Under the pieces are notes generated by a model. The model searched no databases, was not told where the DNA came from, and saw only the letters and a program-made list of their open reading frames with translations. A program made the position numbers and the translations under genes. A DNA stretch of 62,203 nucleotides, filler included, from Choristocarpus tenellus KU-1152 (taxonomy: Eukaryota > Protista > Phaeophyceae): NCBI GenBank assembly GCA_964200185.2. It is 8 parts of 8 records of this genome, joined end to end, with 100 filler letters (N's around TTAATTAATTAA, not from the genome) between each part and the next. Parts side by side here need not be neighbours in the genome. Positions count along the whole stretch, not along the records: positions 1 to 22,334 come from CAXNAD020000289.1; positions 22,435 to 25,603 come from CAXNAD020021811.1; positions 25,704 to 29,887 come from CAXNAD020015800.1; 5 more parts are not named here. The stretch is one strand, 5' to 3'. Below are positions 14,001 to 26,977 of this stretch, piece after piece. Every line of letters begins with the position of its first letter. Position 1 is the stretch's first letter.

Positions 14001-17000
14001 ATTGAAATCTGCAGATGACCACTACAAGGCTTAGAGTTTGGGCCTAGACATTGAGAGAGTCAAAGCATTTAAGAGGGCAGGAGTTTTTCCCTGTTTGTCC
14101 GCTGAGGCTTGGCTCCCACGTTTTTTTTATGCTCTTTTTCGGTTTTCTGGGTGAACACAGTTACCTAAAATGTATACGACTATAAAAGGTGTGTCCCAAG
14201 CAAGGATATTGACACTTGCTTGCAAATATGAATAGCCAAAATTAATCAAAATGACAACATTAGATTTAGGATCCTAAACGGACGCGGCCCTACCCTCTTA
14301 AGTGATTTGGGTCAGAGGGGTATTATACCATGCTTTTTCACTCACCCCTCCCCCCTCTTTAGCATCTCCTTCCTTGGTAGTGATGCCATCACTGCCTCTG
14401 CTCCATTCTCCGCATTCCCCCCCAACCACACCCTCAGCACCACCTCTAGCCTGGGTCGCCAACAAATGCAAATATTGAGAACTATGAGGGACAGTGAGCA
14501 TTAGCATTTTGCAGGTGTCCATACAAGATACTGGCAAGAGCCTGTGACCCCAGAAAGGCTACATCTCTGGAGGGGAAGGGGAAGACCGAATGGGGAACAT
14601 CACTTGGACAAAATTATATTCAAGGAAGTTCGAAGGTGGAGATAGAAAGATTTGTTTGTCATTGTGTTGACGGCTACTATATTTTCTGGGGAGGGGTAGC
14701 TGTTATAATCTCCAAAGTGTCAAAGTCATGTCCAGGCGATGGGGATTGGTGTTTGGTAGGAAAAATGTAATAACTAAAATACTGTTGGCTTGTTTATTCC
14801 TCTTATTAACCCACTTCTCCATCTACTCTGTCCACGGTCAGCAAATAGGTTGTGTGTGTTGTGTATATTGTTGATGCTGAGGTTCTGAGCAGTTGAGTGT
14901 GTGTATGTATGTGTTGGGGAGAATATATACAGTGAACAATAGCACTCCTGCAGTTTCAGCAAACCTATATGGGAAGAAGATTTGACAGCATGGGTTGGGA
15001 TAACATAGTATAGGATGTGTGCCTACAAGTTCAGAGTATCAGGAGTAGAGACTGGAGGGGGAAAGAAGACAATGAAGGACAAAGATACACACAACTAGGT
15101 AAAGGAGGGGGGAGACACTCTTGGATGAAGGCATTTGTGAATAGGGAGTGTAAGCACCTCAATGTCAGTATCCCTCCAGTCTGGAAACTTGGTCGATGCT
15201 ATCCCAGTGGAGTCTTTATTGAATGCGACTGAACTTTCCTGGAACATTTTTGCGCTGTCACTCCCTAGGAGTGTCGCACTGTCCAGTGAGTCAGGCTGTT
15301 GGGAACCAAGAAACAATTAAAAAACATAATACTGGTTGTTTGCTTGTATTTTAAAAGAAGGATTTTATGCGGAGAGAGTAAATACTTCCAAGTGATAATC
15401 ATATCAGAGGCATGACTGAGATGTACCCAGTTCTGTCTCGGAGAGTGGTGAAGTTCCCTTCTATTCTATATATGATCGTTGCAACATAACTATTCCATCA
15501 CCTGCACCAAGCCACCACTCTACACACAGGCTCAAAGTATCTTGGTGGGGGGTAGCGGCTGTCCATTTGGGGGCAATTTTTTCATGTCGCGATTTTTTGT
15601 GGAATTTAGTTGCATACATCGGATGGATAATGTAAGTGCATTTTTCCTGGTCATCGCCCAAAATGGACACCCTGGTGTAGACCCCCCTCCCCCCCGAGAT
15701 ACTTTGGATCCACAAAGGTTTGTTGCATACATGGTGAAGAAAGTATGGGAAAGTGTAAGATGCTAGCTTTCCCAAGTCAGTGTATGGTGAATTTCAATAT
15801 TACAAATCAAACACTGAAATTGTGAACCACAATCTGTCTTATGTCCAGAAACAATAGTATACTTTTTGGGGAAATCGAGGCTATAGAAGATTAGCATGCT
15901 CGTGACTGATAATCTGTATACCCTGACTCCTACCCATGCAGAAGGAAATATCTGTACCCTGAAATTTGCCATCCATCAATAATATGCCAGAATAGTGTAT
16001 TTTGTTCCATTGGGATGCAATCCATGAAAAACTGATACTATTGTGTACGCAACATGAAGTGGGAGTGTGAACGAAATAATGAAATTCCCATCAAGCTGCT
16101 CCAAAACCTTCCCCTGTGAGACGGACTAAACTGTGTGATTATACTGAGTGAGGGATGATGGGAGGTCACAGCAGACATAGTCAGGGGCTTGCCTTCTGTG
16201 AAATCGACTTGCGAAGGGTCCGTGACGCCTTCCTGTTGTCACGTTTTGACAGCCTTCTAGGAGGGCCTTGACCACCATCATCACCAAGTGCAGACGCATC
16301 GGACATGCTTCCTATCTCACCCTCTCCTCTCCTGGAGAGTACCCTGCCATCACCAGGTGATGTATTTGAGCTAGCGAACTTAGCACTCACCTGTAGGTAT
16401 TGCAGTTAGTTGGTTTAGTGGATGAAGTGTGGCTATGGGAAAGAAGTGCTGTTAAAAACTAAGATAGTCTCTGGATGAGGAAACAGGAGCAAGGCACAAA
16501 ACACCTTGAATTTTGTGTATTGAATGCCTTACAAGGTGCTGAAATTTCACCATGTGAATAAACAGCCAATGCCAACTGTGATCATGACCTCCTTCTAGCA
16601 AGGTCACTTCAGCACATTCTGTGGAGTATTTGCTATGCTCAACATCTGCCAATGTGTGCACGACTTCAATAATGGTGATTACCTGTACAACATGAGGGAA
16701 ACCAAGGGACACAATGGACAAGATTGTTTTTTTTTTGCACTCTAGCAGATTTTCGCCACCGGTTTGTACTTGTACTGCTATTCCAAGACACTGTTGTAGG
16801 AACACCGCAAGATTATTATTGATTACCTATAAATTATACCTGAAAGGCAAGCCTCTGATATAAATCAATTATCATGTGTGACATATATCATGTGTTCCAT
16901 TACTATACTGAGTGAACCTCACCAAGTTAGGTAGATTCACCACAGGGTCAGGGTCTTCCGGACAAACCTGGGTATTGGGGTTGGGTTTGATTTCTGATCT

Positions 17001-19014
17001 TGTTTTATAGGTGAGAGAAATACTCAAAGAAACTCATATGCCCCTAACTAAACCATAACATGTAGCATGCACTGAGGGCGAATCCCTGGATAGAATTGCA
17101 TTTTCTGTTGTGGAACACAAGGCATGGAAGCTACATGTATGTCATGTCCCTCCCCCTTGCATAGTATACCATAGACACCTTGCCCTGTTCTGATTCCTTG
17201 CAACCCCCAATCACACCTCAGTAGATGCCAAGTAATAGGACTGGCATTACCTCATCCACGGCACTAATAAACATTCATCACAGACTTCGATAGTTCAATC
17301 CCACCTTTGGGGGAGCACATTGTCCCAGTATCCGTTCATTGTACTTCATGAAGATAACATACACCATATAGGTCATCATCAGTATCAGACCCTGCAGGTT
17401 GATGAAGTGGGACTGGTGGGTATTGGTTATGTATGTGCTATGTACGACATCATGCGTGAGAAGTTGAACAGGAGGCTAGAATGGAGACCGAGTTCTCAAC
17501 AATATCATAGGGTCAAACACTCAAACTACTATAAATACCTCCAAGGAACACAAACTCCTACTACTCTCTCCACCAGTCTTCAGAGAAGTCACTACAAGTT
17601 GAGTCAGAAGACAAACCCAGGAGGAAGCTCACCTCCCACCATGCTATTTCTCCATCAATAAACATAGCCCCAAGAAGGAGGATGCTTGCAGTGTAAAATG
17701 ATACATCTCTTGCGACAATTCGCCAATCAATAGGGAGTTTCGTGCCCTGCTGAGTGGCAACTGCTGCTGAGAGTGCCACAATAACTAGGATATTGAACAT
17801 AGCAGACCTACGATATCCAGGGATAGGGAGAGTCTAATCAGGTGGACTCTATGAATGATTATGAAGGGGATGGTGAGTGAGGAGTTTGGCCACTCACTTG
17901 GGCATGACGTTCGATACGGAAGTCCATTATTTCGAATAAAAGGCTCGAATCATACCTGATGGAAAGTGCGGAACTACCTGCACCTCCCATGTCTTCAGAG
18001 TAAAGCGATCAGATAGTAGGGACCTACTGTACATACAACATCTCGAAGTAATTGATAGAACCATCTGGACCTAGGCTGTTCATATCTAGAGACGACTACA
18101 TTAAGTGTCCAGAAAGGAATAATCTATTACGTGGTAGTAGTACTATGGAGTTATAGGTAGCAATTGCTACCACTACTACTGCTACTACTAGTAGATGTGC
18201 TACGACAACAGCAGTTACTGTCCATACCCGACGATGGTTCCGATGCCAATGGAGTTTGCCGGGCCGAATGCATCGTTGAGGGAGGTAAAGAGTTCAGGCG
18301 CTGACGAACCTGCAGCAAGGAAGGTTGCCCCTGCTACATCTGGAGTGAGTTCCAAGACCTTCATTGTGACGTTCGATGAATACGGTGAGCGTAAGGTGGC
18401 TACTGGGAAGTCGAGAGTTCAGCTGAAGTGAACATGGTTGATGCGGAATTAAGGTGTGAGGTCAACTAGAGCAATGCTCGATTTGGGAGGTAACATCAGT
18501 AAAAGGAAGCGGGAGATGCCATCTATAGCAGAAGACCGCGGAAGTGTAACAATGTGAAACATTATGAAATTGAGGTGATTCTCGAAAAGCGGTTTTAATT
18601 GATGGTTCGTGACTCGTATAAACGCACCTCTGCTATCTTTTCCAAAGACGCCTGGAAGAACTCATCGCAAACAATTGCTAGGCCGTTGAAGGTAAAAATT
18701 ATCCCCACGATCAACAGGATCAGTGTGGCTGCCCCCCCATTCGTATGGTCGTTGGTTTCGCAGGTACTTCGTGCGAGTCTGCGCTCTGTGGCCTTGGAAT
18801 CTAGTTTAATCATGGCAATAGGGGCTAGCTGCCAACCAGCACATATCAGAACAGCTACCGTACAACCCCCGAGCATGAGCACTATGACGACTCCAGTGAA
18901 GTGCTGCCTCATCCAGTCTCGTCCCTTACGTCGTCGACCCGCAAGGTGGCAGGCCCGTTTTGCCCAGATTGACATCGCCGAAAGATTGCCCCTGACGTTC
19001 AACTTCATCCACAT
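11099..19014 (-). CDS. NCKX: K+-dependent Na+/Ca2+ exchanger (NCKX/SLC24 family, CaCA superfamily), multi-exon
   Basis: Confident exons 19014-18628, 18358-18228, 17807-17633, 17391-17305, 13103-12924, 12319-12185, 11910-11809, 11272-11099; probable loop exons 16390-16193, 15295-15158, 14450-14346 (others between 13200 and 14000 unresolved). Motifs LAIVCDEFF, alpha-1 [45 protein letters not shown], alpha-2 [35 protein letters not shown]. Confidence 0.93.
11501..11759 (+). mobile_element. MITE family A (~257 bp) in last NCKX intron
   Basis: TIRs GAGTGAAAGTATCTTAGAGGGTA...TACCCTCTAAGATAATTTGACTC; internal sequence shared with other copies. Confidence 0.9.
14057..14313 (+). mobile_element. MITE subfamily A2 in NCKX intron
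   Basis: TIR GAGTCAAAGCATTTAAGAGGG...CCCTCTTAAGTGATTTGGGTC, 3-bp TSD AGA; internal similarity to family A. Confidence 0.85.
15529..15710 (+). mobile_element. MITE family B (~180 bp, G/C-tract subterminal) in NCKX intron
   Basis: GGCTCAAAGTATCT(G)n...(C)nGAGATACTTTGGATC flanked by CACA/CACA. Confidence 0.85.
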
Positions 19015-19537
19015 GTTGACGCCATCTAACTAAAGATATCTCTGGACAATAAGTTTTCCACCACGATCACAGAATAACCAGAAGGGAGGTGAAAAACGTC
19101 ACTAACAAGGACAGTCAATATTCATGCATGTCATTTCCAGGTGATCCAAACATGAGCAATACATGATCCTCATGCGCAAACGTTTCAATCAGTTACCTAT
19201 CAAGGCCCGACGTTCCCCCGCATGTAAAGCAACAACGACCAATCCGTGATGAGGTGGGTTAATAGTAATAATACTCCATATTGAACTTTCTCCACAAAGG
19301 GTTGGGCATGATGGGGAACGGACGCACACGTTCCCAGGAACTCACGCATGAATCGAGATCCTCGTTCGATATTTTTAATATCCAAGTGCTAGTAAAAGTG
19401 TTGGTGTAGGAAAGCTTTGCTTCCGCATTTGATGCCACCCTGTTGCATTTGGCTTGTCTTCGGGCCTCTACTGCAACACTATTAATAGTGCGTTGCTTTT
19501 GTTTTTGGGTGTCTGCACCTCATCCTTTGCCTGGAAC
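19015..19537. promoter_or_regulatory. Putative bidirectional promoter between NCKX (-) and BTB-BACK (+)
   Basis: Divergent inferred start codons with a 523-bp spacer; no recognisable repeat inside. Confidence 0.45.
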
Positions 19538-22500
19538 ATGGATGCAGAGTATCGTGATTCGAATCACAGGGTAAGCCGTATCTTAGATCTGGGTAGGCAA
19601 AGCAACTTCTCATTCCTCGACTCGGTCTCCGCTTACGGTTAGGGTACAACTCGTATCCGATGCCACCCTCTCCTCCCTCTGCTTTTCTTGGCAGATGGTA
19701 TCCCTGAGGAATTTCTCCTCCTTACTACAGGAGCTCTGGCATCAGCGCACGTTCAGCGATGTCGTTATTGAGGTTAGCTGGAATTTAAATTGATATCGAT
19801 GGGAGTTGATTGTCCTGGTAAATGACACGATTTCCTTAATACGGGTTAGGTGAACCCTCTCATGCGTACAAACCGTTGGGACTTGACGAAGGAATTTTTT
19901 TTGGCTCAAAGCAATGCATTTCGGGTAAACCCTAATGTAATGCTCAGGTTGTTTTCAACCTTCCCATATGTTGGCAGGTCGGACTAACTGGGAAGAAATT
20001 TCATGCACATAGGGTGATACTAGGGTTGAGTCCGGTGCTGAAAGCCATGCTGTCGTCCAGAATGAAAGAAGGGCGCCAAGGAATGATCAGGGTATGTCGC
20101 TTCGGTACATGGGTTACAAAGCCTCCTCTGTTACCAGACCAGTTAGACTTGAATGAAAGTCTGTTTCGGAGAAGTCTCCCATCAGCAGAAAATATGCCTC
20201 GCGTTTCTTGAATTGCAGGTTATATTTTACCTATAGTGGCACAAGCATGCTCAAAATCTTATTGATGTACTGAAGGCCGCGGACCTGAAATTGCATCATT
20301 TTGTTGAATCCCTGAACTTCGCCACCTCTGTCTGCAGATTCCTGACGTTGACCCAGAACACTTTCTTCCTTTCCTGAAGTACCTCTATGCCCAACCAATC
20401 TCTCTGGACCCCGACAATGTTGTTGGGGTACTTGAGCTGGCTTCAAGGTTTGCTGTCCCTCAACTCATTGAGTCCTGTGTCGAGGTGAGAGGTGACTTCC
20501 TCAACTTGCTTGGGGTACAAAGGGGTAAAAAAGGGTGACGTGGGACAGAACATACTCTCCAATGTTTAACATTGAATAGGTCAATGAACAAGCCAAACGT
20601 CTTGCAACGACCCTTACCAGTATTCAAGCTGAGATAACAAACGTGGGAGCAATCATACGTTGCAGGAGGATGAGCAGATGTTGGTGGTGCATTCATCCAT
20701 ACTCATTTCCCGGGTTTTTCCTCCAGATGCTCAGAGATTGCATTAATGTGGATGGGAACTGTTGGGTGGTGCTAGCTGTGGCGGAACAGCTTGGCCTTCC
20801 TGCTCTCCAAGACGTAGGCCTACGGGAGAGCTTGAGCAGCTTCTCAACGACCTCGGGGCTTGGCGAGTTCCTCCTTCTCAGTGAGGAAAGCTTGCTCCTA
20901 GTGATTCGTTCGGCTTATGTCCAAGCGAAGGAGGTTAGACACGCATTTTCTTTTTAGTTACCACAGTTTTTTCAGGGGTATGTCCAGTTGGGTAATGATG
21001 GAAAGGTAGATTATTGAGAATAAGGGCAAGAGAGGAGTTTATGTACTGATGCATATATCATTGGCTATTTTGTCATTTGGGCTACTCTGGAGCACTCAAA
21101 CTTCTTTAAAAGCTCATACAGAAGGGTTACTGATCTTTAGTCTTGACAAGGTTCTACCATTCATCTGTTTACTTTTTTGACCCACGTTGTTCAGGAGGAG
21201 GGAGGTGAGGGGTTGAGGGTTGGAAATGACCATGATTAGGTATGCACTTATTTACTATCTACTGCTGGACGATTTGCCCATGCACTAGCTGCTGTGTATA
21301 GGAAGGAAACTAGAGGTGTTGTGGTAGAGGCATCAAGAGGAAGAGGGAGGGGTTTGAGCTCGGATTTGCATTTGTCAGGGGGGAAGACTTAAATAGACTA
21401 TTGAGGTGTGATAGTGAATAGATGAGTAAGTCAAACGAATGAGATCCACATGCCCAGTTTCTCCTCTGTTATCTTTTTTCTCTGCCTGTCCACCATTTCT
21501 GCCTACTCTAGGTCGAAATTTTCAAGGCAGCTGTTGCCTGGCTGTCTCACAACGTACGTGGGGTCTCAGATAATGGAACTCATTGGGTCCCACCGCTTGG
21601 GAACGGGATCAAAGGGTTAATTGCTGATGAGATCGAGGAGCGAGTTATGAGGGCAATACGATTTGGGGTCATGAGCAGGTGGACATAAAATATCAATTAA
21701 TATCATGTCTAGCTGAAGCCCCTCCTCCCCCCCACCCAATTATGATCCCTTTGAATCTTTTAGCCTCCCCTCTACCTAGGTGGAAATATCTGAGGTCAAT
21801 GGTGAGTGATGGACTGTTTTCAGGGTGTTATCTTGATTGTGTTAATACATACATACATACGTAGTATATATACATGAATATTTTCTTGGGTGGGAGGGAT
21901 TTCTATTGTAGTGTGCAATTGTGCCATTTATCATTTTTCCTTTGATGCAAAAGCAAGGCACACATCAGAAGCACTTGGCTGCTCATCCTAACTCCAAACA
22001 CCACATCCATGTGTGATCCCCTTCTCCGTGGATTATACTATTCAGCCAAGACATAAACAACATTCAAGGCCATCCATATGTTGCTTGCAGCGGGCAAGTG
22101 TCAAGCCTCATTGAGGAGGCACTGGGTCATCCCCATTGCCAGGATCTCAGCCAGGTCCAGCGGGGTAAGCTCAGGAGAAACCCAACAACCCATTGCTGCC
22201 CCCGACTGAACTGGTGGGGCCTATGCCCCATCCTGACTCTGAACAGGGGTGAATTGAACAAAGGGGGGGGGGGGGACAGGTGGGGGGAGATAATGTGCCA
22301 GAGGGGGGGGGGACGTTTGGCGGCACTGCTGTTCNNNNNNNNNNNNNNNNNNNNNNNNNNNNNNNNNNNNNNNNNNNNTTAATTAATTAANNNNNNNNNN
22401 NNNNNNNNNNNNNNNNNNNNNNNNNNNNNNNNNNATTGAAATACTAGTCGGTGCCAAGGAAGGGGCAGGAGTGGAATACTTCTCACTCAAAGTATCTGGG

Positions 22501-22662
22501 GGGGGGGGCATGAAAGAATGGGCCCCAAACGGACAGATGCAACCCCCCCCAGATACTATAAGCCTCTCCTGTGATTGCACACAGCTGAAGATCCTCATAG
22601 CTCAGTGGTATAAAGTGGACAGTGCCCCCTGCATGGATCTCACTGAGTTTGGACCCGCCTGA
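19538..22662 (+). CDS. BTB/POZ-BACK domain protein (putative Cullin3 adaptor)
   Basis: Exons 19538-19570, 19695-19772, 19978-20091, 20338-20484, 20727-20933, 21512-21678, 22091-~22154/22164; translation ...FSDVVIEVGLTGKKFHAHRVILGLSPVLKAMLSSRMKEG...IPDVDPEHFLPFLKYLY...LELASRFAVPQLIESC...EFLLLSEESLLLVIRS...EVEIFKAAVAWLSH...VMRAIRFGVMS. Candidate last exon 22585-22662 lies across an assembly spacer and is uncertain. Confidence 0.88.
22335..22434. other. Artificial 100-bp assembly spacer (N44-TTAATTAATTAA-N44); same spacer at 25604-25703, 29888-29987, 34334-34433, 40476-40575, 45494-45593, 59212-59311
   Basis: Identical length and a six-frame-stop linker at all seven sites. Confidence 0.97.
22484..22564. 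mobile_element. Internally deleted MITE B (81 bp)
   Basis: CACTCAAAGTATCT(G)n...(C)nAGATACTATAAGCC with 3-bp TSD TCT. Confidence 0.75.
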
Positions 22663-24332
22663 CACAAGATTTCTTTAGAGGAAAGTCTGGTTTCAATCAT
22701 CCAAAGTCCAAGTGGCAAGCACTAAGAATTGCACACCTGTCTGGACTATCCTATCTATCGTTTGGCCACAAGAATAGCATGGGAAACCCGAAACAGAGTG
22801 GGAGGGCTTTCTTCAGCATTGAGCAAATCCGAGGTGGGTTCAGCACAAGATTCGTGGGAGGAAGCGAACAAACAAGCAGTGGGATCAACTAGCGGTGGGA
22901 TGGCTGAACCCAACACACGGGAAGTAAGGCATAAGCAGATGCAGAACAATTTGTCGTAGTGCAACAACATTAGCTGATGGATCAATTGATTAACTATTCG
23001 CGGACCCTAATTGGTGCAAGATGCAATGATCCTCAAACATTTGGTTGGAAGATATTTTAACGAAAAACGGCTTAGAACCGATAGTCAAAAAGGCAGTTTA
23101 AAGAAGAGAGCAGACAAAATCGTGTGCTTAACAAAGACCAGAGGCAAACAATGCAGCAAAATGCAGGAAAATGAAGAAAAGAGAATTTATCAAAGCGTTA
23201 TTGATACATGGATAAATGCACAAATACTTTACAAAAGTAAATAAAATAAGCCTTAAGAGGTAAAAAAGAAAAAGTGAAAGACCCACAGTCAAGTCACCCC
23301 AAAAAATAATTGGTACCAATTCCAGTAGCAAGAAACCGCATTTAATCTAATGAAGGGTAACAACCTACGATATATATTATGAGAAGTATGTGCAGTATGT
23401 AGTGCCTCTGATCACGGATGGAGACAGGTACCACTCCAAAATACTCTCACATTTAAGAGTACGAGTGAAGAACCCACAACCAGTATCTGATTCAAAACCA
23501 CAAAACCAACCCTTCAGTTTCAGTCTTTCTCACCCCCTCACCCCATACATACTGCTTCCACACAAGGAGGGAGGGTTTTACCCAAGTACATGGTCTTCAA
23601 AGCAGAACTTTTCGTAGATGTCATTCTCAGCCCACTTTTTTTTCTCCGAATTCGGTGGTATTTGCCTCACGTGTTTTTTGCACCTGTGCGTTGCCTAGAA
23701 GGAGTGATTATGGTACTTGCTGTATGGACTATAGTGTCATGAGTGTAAAAAAAAAATGTGAACTCCTTGTTATACAGTTGCAAGGGTCTAACTTAGACCT
23801 TACTCATTCAATTACAAAACAAAGGTATCTACGGGGACTCTACAAACAAGTGCATGTAGTAACTCAAGCGGTGTTTGTCCTGGGGCTGCTTAGCATTCAC
23901 GAGGACCTACACAGACAGGTAATGTGTACTCTGCCTGGAGAGATGGATAAGGCATGGGAGTTCTAATTTGCGAGTACTCTTGGGTACATTAAACTCTTGT
24001 CATAAATCATAGTGTCCGTAATGTCAACGTCAGTCATAGACACGATATGACGAGTCTACACACTGCATGCGAAGCGAAGGGTATACTCATGACACCAATA
24101 GCACAAATTTGGAGATATTATGCCAGGCAATGTCATGCCAACGTTCCCATTGACCCGATACGAAACGTCCACAGTTACGAAACGCATTTCAATATTGCTG
24201 TGAGGAAGGAGGAACGCAACCCCAGTAGGGGCGCTCTTGCGGTTTGAGTACCACATGTTGGCAGCCCGGCGTTGGGTAACATTTTGAAGGACAATATATA
24301 CAGGGGCCCACTGACCCCTTGGACAGCGGCAA

Positions 24333-24996
24333 ATGTCCAATCGTTGGGCTAACGTGTCAAGCAATCCTGGTCATGCGCTCTCTCTAGACCTTCCCAATGT
24401 GCCAGGGTTGCGGAGGGGGTCGAACCCCTTCATCAAGGTGAGAGATTTTCGCACAGAGGACAGCACTCAATAGTCTTAAATTAAGATCATACTGAATCAG
24501 CTATTGCCGTCTCTACAACGATCGCGTAATAGCTCATGTCACAAAGAGTTTAGGCATCCCAGAATGCAAAAAAAAGATCGAGTCGCAAAGTCCAATATAA
24601 GCCATCACTCTGCTACGACAGCACCGATTGGGGCAGTGGGTATTCCTCTTCCCAATCGAGATCTCTACTCTCCCCGAAACAGAACTTGAAGAAAAAAGCA
24701 AGGCCAGGTTCGTCTGGGATGGTCAGGCCTTCAATGTCTGAACCGCTCCTCCGAAAAAGCTTTGACGTCATATCTCGTCCTGGCACTGCCGATGCAGCAA
24801 TGACCACGAGTTCAAAACTACTCAGGGGAAGTTCTAGTGATTTGTCTGCTCCTCAGAGCAAGTTGGGAATCAACATCCCAAACTATATCACGAAAGAGAA
24901 GCAAGTACTCCGCTTCTTCGCGTACTTCCAAGAACCTGTGCATGAGGGTGGAAGCATGGACGTAACTGGCTTCCGTGTACGAAAGTTCAGTATTAT
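24333..24996 (+). CDS. EFHC1/Rib72-like DM10-domain flagellar protein, first two exons (rest not in this block)
   Basis: Exons 24333-24437 (MSNRW...LPNVPG...PFIK) and 24683-24996 ending IPNYITKEKQVLRFFAYFQEPVHEGG...FRVRKFSI, matching the DM10 start P.W...DK.VLRF.AYF.E.V.E....RVR. Confidence 0.85.
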
Positions 24997-25512
24997 GTGA
25001 GTGCCGAGGAGGTTTGAGAAAGCAATGAGCAATAATTAAAGCATTTAAAATGGAGAAGGGTGAATGAGTTAGATACGAGGGGCAGTGCATGGAGTATATG
25101 GTGGAGGAGAGAAATAATGCAAAGGAACAAGGTGTAGGGGTGTCAAGCAATGTCCTGCGTAATCCTCAAGTAGATGATACACGGCTTTCCACAACAGACA
25201 ACAACAACCACAAGACTTCAGCACTACTGATAAGAAGAGGCACCCTGTGTCATTCCAATCAAAAACAGCTATGTGTTTTTTGCTGTTGTAGGTGGTCCCA
25301 ACGACAGCATTAGTATCGAGAGATAGAATCAGCAACGTTTGTACATACTCTCTTGTACATCCTAACAACCCTCAGACTACGTCATGATTTAATCTGGGGC
25401 TCCCAACTAAGACCTTACAGGAAGTAAAACCCCTGAAAATTACGTGGTATGACAACATGGTCTAAGATGGACTTGCCTATAGGAAGCCTTGAGCAATGAA
25501 CAATATGTGTGT

Positions 25513-25603
25513 GACTCAAATTATCTGGGAGGGGGGGGGGGGGCTAAACCAGGGGGTCCGTGTGGACAAAAAGCAGGAAAAGTGTAGTTACGGTATGAAT
25601 CCG
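25513..25603. mobile_element. MITE B, truncated by spacer (other truncated B copies at 34240-34333, 45594-45764, 59122-59211)
   Basis: G(A/G)(C/G)TCAAA(G/T)TATCT followed by a G-run and family B internal sequence, ending at or starting from a gap. Confidence 0.75.
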
Positions 25604-25703
25604 NNNNNNNNNNNNNNNNNNNNNNNNNNNNNNNNNNNNNNNNNNNNTTAATTAATTAANNNNNNNNNNNNNNNNNNNNNNNNNNNNNNNNNNNNNNNNN
25701 NNN

Positions 25704-25960
25704 GTACCACACTGTACTTGTACTGCACTACTATAGTACTACTGTAATGTACTACTGTACGTATATTGTACAAAGCTGTACAACACTGTACTTGTACTGC
25801 ACTACTATAGTACTACTGTAAGGTACTACTGTACGTATATTGTACAAAGCTGTACAACACTGTACTTGTACTGCACTACTATAGTACTACTGTAAGGTAC
25901 TACTACTGTACGGATACTGTACAAAGCTGTACCACACTGTACTTGTACCACACTATATGG
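25704..25960. repeat. 74-bp GTAC-rich minisatellite, >3 copies, cut by spacer
   Basis: Units start at 25704, 25778, 25852, 25929. Confidence 0.92.
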
Positions 25961-26977
25961 TATTGCACTGGACTACAATTAGCGATAAAGTACCACGTGG
26001 TACTTGTAGTACCCTCCTATTGATGGACGAATCGAACTCCTGTACTGTACTGTGAAGGAGAACATCTACAGTAGCAGTATGAAACGCTTCCGACTTGACT
26101 CATGAGCCTGGAAAAATAATTGATATCTTCCAGGCTATGTGGTATTGACTGCACCCTGCTAACAGGTGGCTCATTGCAAAATACCTCCAACTCATCTCGA
26201 CAAGATTTCCACCTCGGGCAATACCGAAGCATCTTTAAGAATGCTGTCAACTACCTGGTTTCCATATTTTCAACCTGTTACTGGGGACATAACAAAATAT
26301 AAACTACAGTTATTCTAGGAACACTTCACAGTTGCGAAAAAAAACAAAAACATGTAGAACAACGGACTAATCATCACACCTATCAATCCTTAACAGGGTT
26401 GCATTACTACTATTTCCTGCTGGAGGCAGATGTTTGGCAAGATGATTCCTTTTTTGGAGTGTATGTTATCAAATGGTGCAAGTGGAACTACTTCAGAGTA
26501 GTAGTAAGTGCTTTTAAATATTTACGTATCTGAACAATCACACACACAATACACAGCAGCATTAAACTACAATAATCGAATCTCAAAGCACACATGTTGC
26601 AACGGACTTGGAAATTATTACATTTCAAACATTGATCATTCAAATTTCGCATTTTGAGAGAAAAACATTTTGAAACGGTCGACCATGGAATTTCCCATCC
26701 TAGCTCTTTGTTCCTAAAACTGCAATCCAGTGCCTATGTTCAAGCACCACCCTCCCAATGCATTTTAAACATGATGCTCTCTATGCTCTCACAGATCTTG
26801 CAAATCGTTGCAAAACGAAGATGCATACCACCTTCCTACGAAGAGTTTTTGGCACTCCTGTCCGCAATACATAAAGGGCTTATTATTGCTCAAGTGGAGG
26901 CTGGGAGTCAGTCAATGAAAGTGCCCATCATGTCCCGCAACAATAACGTACAATAACGCACGAAGAATCCGACGCAC

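Noticed and set aside
16968-16998. 31-bp NCKX micro-exon ([10 protein letters not shown])
   Set aside because: Needs a phase-2 donor, but the upstream exon ends in phase 0 (CAPPK) and joins 16390 directly.
22335-22434. TTAATTAATTAA motif recurring seven times
   Set aside because: Artificial six-frame-stop linker inside fixed-length N runs, not biological.
25069-26450. Continuation exons of the DM10 gene or PEX3
   Set aside because: No phase-compatible exon with the expected motifs (YYLEDD for DM10; LW..LK for PEX3).
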